64,000 nucleotides of DNA, from positions 25,376,001-25,440,000 of the forward strand of contig CP068257.2 in assembly GCA_009914755.4 (NCBI GenBank), written 5' to 3'. Source of the stretch: the human T2T-CHM13v2.0 reference genome, Homo sapiens. A model generated the notes under the pieces. That model searched no databases. It was not told the DNA's origin and was given only the letters and a program-made list of their open reading frames with translations. Every line of letters starts with the position of its first letter. Positions within the stretch are counted from its first letter, which is position 1. Positions 13,468 through 24,821 of the stretch are shown here, one piece after another. The position numbers and the translations under genes were made by a program.

Positions 13468-13830
13468 TTTCAACCTGCTTATTCCAAGGTCTCGGGTGAC
13501 AAGAGCCTATTCTTGCAGCTCAGGAACAAGGCACAAACTAACACTGGACAGGACGTCATTCCAACATAGGTCACACTCAAACACACACCCACACTCACTC
13601 AGACTGCGACAATTTAGACAGGCCAATTCACCTAATGTGTGGATCTTTGTGATGTGGAAGAACCCAGGGTACCCAGAGAAAACCCACACAGACATGGGGA
13701 GAACATGCAAACTCCACACAGAGTGGCCCCAGGAATCATTTTTTCCTCATCAGTGTTACAAGGAAACAATGTTGAATGAAACAACTTTATTCGAGAACCT
13801 GCTATATACAGAGATTCCCCCATAAAGTAA
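13468..13830 (-). mobile_element. ancient tRNA-derived SINE with V-SINE/DANA-like conserved core (MamSINE1/V-SINE-type)
   Basis: Minus strand reads ...CCTTGTAACACTGATGAGG..TGATTCCTGGGGCCACTCTGTGTGGAGTTTGCATGTTCTCCCCATGTCTGTGTGGGTTTTCTCTGGGTACC...AGGTGAATTGGCCTGTCTAAATTGTCGCAGTCTGAGTGAGTGTGGGTGTG...GGAATAAGCAGGTTGAAAAAGG followed by (AATG)n. This closely parallels the remembered teleost DANA/V-SINE consensus (TTTCTGTGTGGAGTTTGCATGTTCTCCC..GTGGGTTT.CTCCGGGT....GGTGAATTGG..CTAAATTGTCCGTAGTGTATGAGTGTG...(GAATG)n). Confidence 0.5.
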
Positions 13831-15100
13831 AATGAATCAGTGATGCTGGAAGTCACACAGTAGCTACCTTGGAGGGCTAATTATGTGAATTTGTATGAGG
13901 TGTCTTCTGTAGTGCTGGTTGTGTCTGTAATGTCGTTTACAATAGCCTAAAAAAGCTACCAATGCCCATGAATAAATTGAATAAAATATGTGAAAAGCTT
14001 CTCCATGGAGAACTACAATATTAAAAAACTAGAAAAATGAAAAAAGAATGCATGGATAAGTGACGTGCCATTTTCATGAGCTGGAAGACGCATTTCTGTA
14101 CATATGGCATCTGTACCCTTAAAATAATAAATGCAAAGCAATCACAGTCAAGGGATGCCATCTTATATTTCAACATAAAGCGTATGTACTTTGTGCTTCA
14201 ATAAAAATGGCACAAACAAGAAATAAAACACAAAATGAATTGTAATTACTTAGAAAAAAAGAAATATGTTGTTGTTGTAGCATATTCTTGTTCTTTCATG
14301 GTTTGGATGATGAGAATGTAAGACTGTCTAAATAATATGGTGCTAATACATTCCATTGCTCATGTCAAATTTCTCACCTTCTCATATGGCATGAGTGCAC
14401 ACACATTTCGGACCTTTATATCTATGACATTTTGGGAAATGGCTTTACCATGCCACAGCAATATTTTACAAGTGAACTTGATTTGGAAAGAATCACTGGC
14501 CTGAAATGTATTTGTTCTCTATTAGAACTGTTGGCAATCTTCTCAGTGACAGTACATCACAATCATATCCACGTGCATCAGTGTTCTGATGCCCATTGTA
14601 ACGTACTTCACTATCACATGAGACAGGGCATAAAGGAAAGTTGGAATCAAAGTACTGTGTTCTACTTTTTTATTTCCAGTTAAAATCTGTGACCGAGCAT
14701 AGCACATAGCAGGTCCAGTAATTTATGAATGTAAAATTATTAAAGAAGAGAAAAGCTATCCTACTTGTGTAATAATTTAATAGTTTGTTATAAGGCTGCA
14801 CAGTATTTTATGACATTACTGAACAGATGATTTGTGAGTCTTTAGAGATAAATGAATCTGGCTTCTACTTGACACAGATTTCCCCTGACATGTGGCTTTC
14901 TAAATGCTGTTTGAACACCTCTAGAAATGGAAAATCCATTATGGAGCAGTTTATTAAATTTTATAGATTTCTTTTAAATTATTAGAAGACTTTTATGCTA
15001 ATCTAAAGTATCTCTTCTTGTGATTGATCTTTTAAACAATTCTTTCTTTTGGTGCACACAGAATAAAAGTTTAATTTCAGGCTATATGTCACATACTCAC

Positions 15101-15408
<308 letters not shown>

Positions 15409-16929
15409 TAGTCACATATATTTTTATATTGTTTATGATATTTTTTGGTCTTTTAGATAAAATCGAGCTGAAATTCATATATTTTGAGCTAGGTAACATA
15501 GTGTGTTCAATGTACTGAGTTCAATAAAAATAAACTTGTATTTTGATTTTTCATAAATAAATCGATAATCGATTTCTATTCTAGACCTTCTTTACATATG
15601 TCTTCTTTATCCAAAAGTGTGGGATCATCAACTCAGTTACTAAAGCCAGAAATTCTTGACTCCTCTTCCTCGAACTCTCCACATTGAACTTATCAGCAGA
15701 TTCTGCAGGTTGTACCTAACAGGTCTATCTGACCTCACTTTTGATCTCTCTATTCCATTTTTCAGACAGAACTAGCAGTCTTTTAAAGTTAAAAAATCAT
15801 GATATTTTGTAGTACGCAGCCTTCTAAGGCAGACCACAGCAATCTCCATCTCCTGATAGTCATGTTATTGTGCAATTCTCTTCTCCTGAAAGTTTCATAG
15901 ATATATTGACATCTAATGCATAGAATATGGATACCATTTCTGAGCTTATGTTGCAAAAGACTGTTACTTCAGTCTTGTTTGCTCTGTTTCTTTCTGGCTC
16001 TTCTCCATTACTCCCTCTGATGAGGGAAGCTGCCATGCTGCACATTGCCTTATGGAGAGGTACATGCAGCAAGGAACTGAGGATGGCACCCAGCCAACAG
16101 CCAGTGAGGACCTGAGGCCCTCTGTTCAACAGTCTACAAAGTGCTGAATCCTGCCAACAACCACGTAAGTGATCGTGGAAATGGATCTCAAGTCACGCCT
16201 TTAGATACCTATATTCCCAGCCAACACATTGCAGTCTTCTGAAAGACCCTGAGCCAGGGGTTCTCAGTAAGCTGCAACTAGATTCCTGAACTATAAAAAA
16301 CATAAGATGTTAAATGTTGTCTTAAGCCTCTAATTTTGTAGTCATTTTGGACACAGAAATAGATAACCAATGCATACTCCTTTGCATTAGTAAAAAATAC
16401 AATACAGTACAAAAATCCCTTTGGTTAACAATGCAATCAGTAGCCCACTACCTACTGATCCATCCTCCCCTTGTGCTTCTCCATTGCCTACAATGCTCTG
16501 GTCAGACTAGGCTTCTTTTAGTTCTTGGAGCAAGTAAAGTTCTTGGCCACTTAAGGCTTTTGTTCATGTTGATGTCTCTACTGGTGTGCTTTAAAAAAGT
16601 ATTTTATTCATACACAATTTTACATATTACATATTTACGGCATACATGTGATATTTTGATACATGCATACAATCTGTAATGTTCAAATCAGGGTATTTAA
16701 GATATTTATCACCTTGAACATTTATCATTTTTTTGTTGAGAACATTTCAAAATTTCTATATACTTTGAAATATACAATATTTTGTTGTTAACTGTAGTCA
16801 TCCTCTGGGCTATCAAACATTAGAACTTATTTCTTCTATGTAACTGCATTTTTATACCTATTAACCAACCTGTCTTCATTCCTCCTCTCCAGTCTTCTTT
16901 GGTATTAGTAGAGAGCAGAATGATAGTTA

Positions 16930-17210
16930 CCAGAGACTATCATTCTACCATTCTCTCATTCTTCCATGAAATCTATGTTTTTAGCTCCCACATAGTAAGA
17001 ATATGTGATACTTGTCTTCCTGTGTCTGGCTTATTTCACTTACCGTAATAATCTTCAGTTCCATCCGTGTTGCTGCGAACAACAGGATTACATTCTTTTC
17101 TATGGCTGAATAGTATTCCCTTGTGTATATATCTGTTTATCCTTTTATTCATTGATGGACACTTAGGCTGATTTTCTCTCTTCTCATGGCTGGCTTCTCA
17201 TCACCCTTTG
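16930..17210 (-). mobile_element. old L1 3'-region fragment
   Basis: TTCTATGGCTGAATAGTATTCCCTTGTGTATATATCTGTTTATCC.TTTATTCATTGATGGACACTTAGGCTG is the antisense of the L1 ORF2 C-terminal/3' region (compare TTTTATGGCTGCATAGTATTCCATGGTGTATATGTGCCACATTTTC...). Confidence 0.55.
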
Positions 17211-19103
17211 GTCCTCCTGTATCCTCTATGTAATAAAGCTCTTCCCCAATATCTCGATAGATACTTTAGTCCTTTGTTATGTTCAGAGCACTTTTCTAGC
17301 TTGATATAATTTCAATTATGAGGCTTTTTCCTTTTTTCTTGTTCTGCTGAAAAGAAACTCTGAGGCCTGGTCCAGCCAGGATTCCAGCCAAGGTCTTGGG
17401 CACCTGAAGCCCTGTATTCCCTCTGTGCCATGGCTGCTGACAACATTGGATTGTCCTTGTTTGTAATACTCTGTAAATTAATGCATTTGTTATCAGATTT
17501 TCATTGTAGTATTAGAGGATGCAACCTGAATATTTAAAAAGTTTCAATAGTATTTAGAATAACAATCAATAAAGAGTTACAACAAAGACCCAAGTCAAAA
17601 TCAGTGCCATATGCTAGCCCTTTCATTCTCATTATGGAACTTAGTTCTGTTCATATATATTTGTAGAGTTTTTTTTCCGTCTAAGATTACATTATGAAGA
17701 GATAATTGAGACAGTTTTATTTTTTGTAATCCAAAATGTACCTTACAATTAAAATTTAAAAATTGCTCAGAATATTAAATTGGATTCTTAGCTGATAAAT
17801 GAATACAGCATATTTTTCTCCTTCATCAGCCATCATGTCCAGCCTGTGGGACACTTGAAGCCATTTAAAATGCATTGGTATGAACTTTTAGAAAATGTTT
17901 TCATAGTTGTATATTAAGGGGAGAGTCATCTGAGATGAATAAATATTGAGAAAAGTATCAGGGAGTAGATGTATTTTAGTACTATACTACCCCTTTTTTA
18001 AAACAGTTGTGAAAACCTCTCGGACTAAGTAAATGTCATATCAATAACATTAACATCCCTGGAATATTTTCATAGAGGAACTCACAGAAATCCTTGGAAA
18101 TAGATGGATGCATTGGTCTCCGTTTCGATGACACTGACTAGCATTAAGGATAAGATTCTATCACTTAAGAATTTACTATATTGAGTATCTAAGAGCCCAT
18201 TGCCACTTTCAGTGTGATTTATCAGCATGATTCAAACTATATAAAATGAATTCATTCTTCAGTTGGTCAATTTTATTTGCCCGATTTATTGAATGGTTCC
18301 ACCAACTACGAGGAAGGACAGTCAGTTCTTTCTTCTTTTTGAAAATATCTGAGCTTTCCCTTTCTCCTTCCTTCTGCTGCTTGCCTCAGGGCCATTTCAT
18401 GCTGAAAAGCTTTGGATTGATTTCTGTGCTCACTGGTGCTTCCATTTACCATCTGTTGGCTGAAGCATTTTTATATTTAGAAACAGAGGAAGGATAGCCC
18501 GTGATAAATTGGAGAGGTTTGAATATATAGCAACTATCAAACATTTTATATGAACAAATAGTTATTCCTAATACATGGAGAGTTGTAATAAGACGTGAGA
18601 TTTTAAGATCATGGGATAGCTGAAAAAGCACTGAAGCAAAGGGAAAACCAATGACTCAAAGAATGTGTAAAGAATGTTAGCATACACTGGAGTTTTTAAA
18701 ACTAGAGTTTTTTTTTAAAAAAAAACTTTACTGATCATCTTAAAAACTGTTAACTTGTCAAAAAGTTTATTATTGGTGGAGGCAAATGTGTGCATTAAAC
18801 CTGACTGAAAAATATTGTAACCCTGTCTCGTGTCTTGATCAGTTTATTGCTGCCTTGAGAGCATGAAGAGCTTCTTAGTGGAGTATTAAAATTCACCTGT
18901 ATTAAGAGAAGGCAATAAAATGTTTTAATTTAATTGTGTAAATGCTTTGTAATTCATGAGTTGTGTAGATTAATCCTTTTAAAAGCATATTGGAAAGTAA
19001 GCATCTTAGAATAATGTGAAGGTATCATTCTGGGGTCCGAACAACTCCAAAAGAAGAACTTGTAGCATCTTTTGTTATTTAAGTTACTCTCTGAGGTTTT
19101 CAC

Positions 19104-19152
19104 ACATACACACACACACACACTCTCTCTCTCTCTCACACACACACACATT
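19104..19152. repeat. (CA)n(CT)n(CA)n compound microsatellite
   Basis: cacacatacacacacacacacactctctctctctctcacacacacacaca. Confidence 0.85.
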
Positions 19153-19865
19153 TGAACAACCAGTGAAAAGCTCATTCATTATTCTGTCTGTCTGGATTTT
19201 TTTGGCATTCTCTTTCCCTTAGACTCCCCTCGCTTCTTCCGATGTTTCACCTTATTTTTCTGCGCTTCCCTTCTGGTTGTCCTGTGATTCTGTGCACCTC
19301 CTTTTGGTGGACTCTGGCCAATGTCAACCATTGTTCCCATGATGTTTACTACCTCAGTTAAATCAAGCTGCAGCTGAGCTCTGCTTCCAAGATTTCTTTT
19401 CCCATAGCAGTAACTGCTCCCACAAAGATTACATTTACCTAATATGTCAGCATCTGGAAAATCTGTGGAGGTTACAGCTTATGATCCACAGTTAGAGCTC
19501 TGACATCAGCAAGTGCATGAGGCAGTGAAGAGGAAGGAACTCAGGACATCAAAAACAATACCCATGGGAAGCATTTGACCCACCCTGTCTCTGTGTCCCC
19601 TAAAGGGATTCAGAAAAAAAAAATTCCTTAAGATTTAATCTTTAGAAGAGGAGGATCAGAATAGAATTATGAGAATTTAGAACCAAAGAGGACCTTAGAG
19701 ATTATATGATTTATATGCTCCTTATCCTAGTTTAATGATGAGAACGCGGATAATGAAGACAAGAACAAACAAACTTGGCAACTTTTAATTTTCTGGATTT
19801 TTTATATAGACACAATTTGAAACTTGAATAAAGTTAGTTTTTTGTTTACTGACCACTGCACTTAT

Positions 19866-19920
19866 AAACTGGAAAAACTGTGTGTGTGTTTGTGTGTGTG
19901 TGATTGTGTATACGTGTGTG
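19866..19920. repeat. interrupted (GT)n
   Basis: tgtgtgtgtgtttgtgtgtgtgtgattgtgtatacgtgtgtgg. Confidence 0.7.
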
Positions 19921-20617
19921 GTATATATACAAATATTTTTGTTAGCATAGATTTTGAAAATCTTTATCTACTTATGTAGCAAAATTAAGATTGTTTTTGT
20001 AGGCTTGACTATAGAATAATAGACATATTATCATGCAATTTGTTCATAAGATTAATACATAACCATACAAGAATATATTATGCTGTAACTCATAGTTGAC
20101 ATAGATTTACATTGTATAGGTACTTAATGATATAGTTATGAATTTAGCTTTGCAATATTCTTAGACATTTGGAAGCCAATACATATTCTCTACCCCAGGT
20201 CTCAAGCATTGTTATATGCCCTCAGAAAATCAGGGTGCTTAGGCAGTGTGATTGTATTGCCTAGTAAGTAAAATAGTCTTGAATGTAATATATTGGAAAG
20301 AGATCTGAACTAAGAAAGAGAATTGATTTCATGTTTGCCACCAACTAAATATATGTCCTCTGGAAGGCCACTTTTCCTATGTGGACCTCATCTGAAAAAT
20401 AACAGAATTAAACCAATCATCTTTATATCAATTCCAACTCTAAGATACTAAGAGACTATTTTGAAAGAAAAAAAAAAAAAAAGGATATTCCAGTCTCATT
20501 TTTCAACGGACAAGCTTGCTTAGTCAACTCGAACTAAACAGAATATTGAATTGAAATAGGATTTGCAGTTTCTACTATATATCTCTTTTTAAAAATTAGT
20601 GAGTTTTAAGGCTCAGA

Positions 20618-21745
20618 TAAAAATATCATAAACTCCCTTTAAGAACATCTAGTTTTCATTTATTTTGAGATTTTCTAATATGATTGATAAATATCTTGCG
20701 ATATAGACATATACTATGTATATATACACGCACACACATATGTGCATGTATATATATACACACACGTGTTTTTGTATATATATGTATAGTATATGTATAC
20801 ATCTTGAGATACATATGCTATACATCTTGAGATACATGCATATACTATACATCTTGAGATATATACATATACTATACATATATACACACACGTGTATATA
20901 TACACGCACATGTGTATATATGTATATACACATGTGTGTGTATATGTGTATAGTATATATACACACGTGTGTATATATATATGTATAGTATATGTATATA
21001 TCTCAAGATATATATCTTGAGATATATACATATACTATACATATATATATACACACATATGTGTGAATTAGGCTGTCATTTCATTGTACTTTTATTTTTA
21101 TTTTGTACTATGGTTGATAAATATCTTGAGATATATATATTATATATATATATGAACTTAGGCAGTCATCTCATTATTGTACTTTTATTTTTTTTTGTGC
21201 TATCTACTTTTATTTTTTTTCTTTACAAAAGTTTAAAATGTGCATAGTATCTGGATAAAAGCCACTGTAAGTTCTATTTTCCCTGAGAAAGGGACTGCCC
21301 AACTACCCCTATAAATGCCAAGTAGAGCACCCCATATTAGCAGCTGATATGCTTCCTATGCAAGCCTTGGGGGCCTGGCTATATGATGACAGGGGTTTTC
21401 ACCTGGGGAATACGCCTGTTATATATAACATATTAAAAGTAGATAGTTTTTAAAAGGCCCTGATATGGGATGGAACATGGAGTGTTCCCAACACTAACAG
21501 CAGCCCAGGAAGAGAGGTAGTCAGCAGGGAGATGTGTGAAGGAGGGGTTTGGGAAAGAAGACTGGACCCAGGCAGTCTTAAAAGACATGATATAGATTTA
21601 TCAACTTAAATTAACAATAATGAAATGACTGCCTGAGTTCTAATATCTCTACATATCTCTCAAGATATTTATCAATCATATTAGAAAGTCTCAAAATAAG
21701 TGAAAACTAGATGTTCTTAAAGGTAGTTTATGATATTTTTACTGG
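20618..21745. repeat. inverted duplication / palindromic structure (arms about 130-160 bp, about 390-bp unique loop)
   Basis: Left arm 20618-20700 (AAAATATCATAAACTCCCTTTAAGAACATCTAGTTTTCATTTATTTTGAGATTTTCTAATATGATTGATAAATATCTTG) is the reverse complement of 21660-21745. A second unit (TTAGGCWGTCATYTCATT..GTAC) occurs at 21063, at 21160 and, inverted, at 21612-21640. Confidence 0.55.
20700..21060. repeat. expanded TA/CA-rich microsatellite with embedded 23-27 bp tandem units (ATACATCTTGAGATACATATGCT)
   Basis: Read directly from the sequence. It sits inside the left arm of the palindrome. The ORFs at 20649-21054 are translations of this repeat. Confidence 0.85.
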
Positions 21746-22927
21746 GGCAATGTTGAGATAAGTTAATCAAAATAAAGATCAACAAAGGACCTTCTTCCTT
21801 TAGCTCAACCCCTGGTAAGAACCCAAATTCTTTTTCACCAGAGAGGGTAAAATGGTTTGGGGGTAGAAAAAAAAAGATTCCTGGGACCAGAACATAAAAT
21901 ATAAAAGTTGATAGGATTATGAAAGTTAACATATTTAAACACACTTTGTATAAAGTAGTTGTATCTCCATCACCTAAATGTTTTCTGGGAATAAATATTG
22001 TATATGATTAGAGGATGTTCCCCCTAGGGCATGGTAAGCGCTGTAGTTAAGGGGGCCTCTAGCAGGCACCTGTTACTTAGGTCACGGCAAGTGCTATGGT
22101 TAAGGGGGCCTCTTCTATGTGGGCACCCCATGTTGTGATGTTCCCTTGGAGGAGCCTTATCAAATTTGGTGTCTCAGCTTTTCCTCATGGGTCTTATAGA
22201 TGCTAATAAAACATTAAGTTAGTTAAAAAAACAAATGGAGACAAAATGGAGAGTCAAAGGATTCATCCCAGGGAGGTGAAAATCTTTAAATGGTTATTTT
22301 TTTAAATAAGGTAAATGAAAAAGAACACATTGAGAGGGATAAAACTAAAACGTTAAAAAAAAGGGGGGAGGGAAGTCATGGGACTCATCTCAGAAGGGTA
22401 GAAAATCTTTACTTGGTTACTAGGAAACCGAATGAATGAAAGGAAAATTGATGGGATTAAAACAAAAGTCTTAATACAACACTACTTAAGGTTGGGTGGA
22501 CCAAAGAGGGTCCTTGCTGGTCCCCCAACATTAAAAGCGTACAAGCCAGTTTTCTCTATTTACTTCTGATTAGAAGAAGTTCTTAATAATAATCAGAAGG
22601 CAAAGACTGGAATGAGAAAGCTGACCAACAATTGCTTGGGGCAATGTTGAGATAAGTTCATCAAAATAAAGATCAACAAAAGGACCTTCTTTGTTTGGCT
22701 CAACCCCCCTGGTCAGATCCCAAATTCTTTTTCGCCGGAGGGGATAAAATGGTTTGGGGGTAGAAAAATTTAAAAAAAGATTCCTGAGACCAGAACATAA
22801 AATGTAAATGTTGATAGGATTATGAAAATTAAAATATTGAAACATGCTTTGTATAAAGTAGTTGCGTCTCCATCACCTAAATGTTTTCCAGGAATAAATA
22901 CTGTATCTGACTGAGGGATGTTCTCCA
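21745..22927 (+). repeat. pair of about 290-bp direct repeats (21745-22024 and 22637-22927, about 90% identical) flanking 612 bp that contains 55-bp and about 117-bp tandem duplications
   Basis: Both copies begin TGGGGCAATGTTGAGATAAGTT and end ...GGATGTTC(C/T)CCATAGG. Internal duplications at 22027-22113 and 22248-22480 are read directly from the sequence. Confidence 0.6.
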
Positions 22928-22929
22928 TA

Positions 22930-23921
22930 GGAAGGCCCATAAATCTACCCTCCCAGCAACTTTCTTTTCTTGAGGCTTTATGTATTATTGTGTTTCTTTC
23001 ATTTTTTGAACTTATATTTACAAGTGGGAGTGACGTGCCACAAAACGATTGCAAACTCTGTTCACGGGTGGATTTTCCTAGAAGGTGATCTGGATTGGCT
23101 GTCCTGCTAGGGAACCCCAAGGAGCCTGTTAAACTAGTTGGTTTCTTCAAAGAGAAATTTTTTCATTTCCTTTATACAAGTTATAATTCTAGTTGCCAAT
23201 TGGTAGATCTGTGTGTAAAGAGATCTAGTGTGGTCTTGCCATTCCCTGTGTAGACTTTAATTGTTCTCAGTATGTCAACTTACTCTTGTCAGAGGCATTC
23301 AAACCAGAGTCACTCCATCCTGAATAGGGGCTGGATAAAATAAAGCTAATACCTACTGGGCTGCATTCCTAGGTGGTTAGGCATTCTTATTCACAGGATG
23401 AGATAGGAGGTTGGCACAAGATGCAGATCACGAAGACCCTGCTGACAAAACATGTTGCAGTAAAGAAGCCAGCCAAAACCCACCAAAACCAAGATGGCAA
23501 CAAAAGTGATCTATGGTTGTAGTCACTGCTCATTATATGCTAATTATACTGCATTAGCATGCTAAAAGACACTCCCACCAGCACCATGAGAGTTTACAAA
23601 TGCCTTGGCAATGCCCAGAAGTTATCCTATATGGTCAAAAAGGGGAGGAACCCTCAGTTCTGGGAAATCCCTGCCCCTTTCCCAGAACACTCATGAGTAC
23701 TCCACCTCTTGTTTAGCATATAATCAAGAAATAACTATAAATATATTCAGTCAAAGAGCCCCTGCCACTGCTCCACCTGTGAAGTAGCCCTTCTTTTATT
23801 CCTTTACTTTCTTAATAAATTTGCTTTCACTTTACTCTATGGACTCACCCCAAAATCTTTCTTGCGTGAGGTCCCAGAACCCTCTCTTGGGGTCTGGATT
23901 GGGACACCTTTCCGGTAACAC
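22930..23921 (+). mobile_element. LTR-like U3-R-U5 block (class I ERV-type LTR; family unresolved)
   Basis: Poly-A signal context CTTTCTTAATAAATTTGCTTTCACTTTACTC, then a U5-like GGGGTCTGGATTGGGACACCTTTCCGGTAACA that ends in CA. Confidence 0.4.
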
Positions 23922-24448
23922 TCTCAACTATAATTGCCGTCCACTTTTATCTACTTCTCTACAATATAAATATCTAATTTCTGCCAGGGTTCAGTTTAGT
24001 CTTTTTACTAGTGGATCATTTTTGGAGAAGGAATTTGGGAGCTAAACTGCATCTCATGTAGTCTCTCAACCAACACTTATATTTTCAGTCAACAACCCCA
24101 CTTTAAAAGGTATCAATGCCTCCAAGTTTTGAGCATTTCTTGGGGCCTATAGCACAAATAATACTGTTTTGAGGTTCTGTTATTGCAAACATTGCTTTTT
24201 CACCATATTTTGTTAGTTGTTAGATGTCACTAATCCACCAGCTCTCCAGTTTCCAAAATACTCTTGCTCTTACTTTTTCTGCCTCCTTTTTATCCTCCTT
24301 ATAAATTTGTCATTTACAATTTTTTTTTTTTTACTGTCATTTATGTGGAATTTTGGGGGGAAATAGAAATAAACAAAGTTTCAATTCACCATCACTTGCA
24401 GCTATCATTCTTTAATGTAATGCAAAGATCTCCTTTATTGGAACTTCA

Positions 24449-24821
<373 letters not shown>

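Noticed and set aside
20649-21247. Several 90-105-aa ORFs rich in C/I/Y/T/H
   Set aside because: They are pure translations of the TA/CA microsatellite (ATATAC/ACACAT codons).
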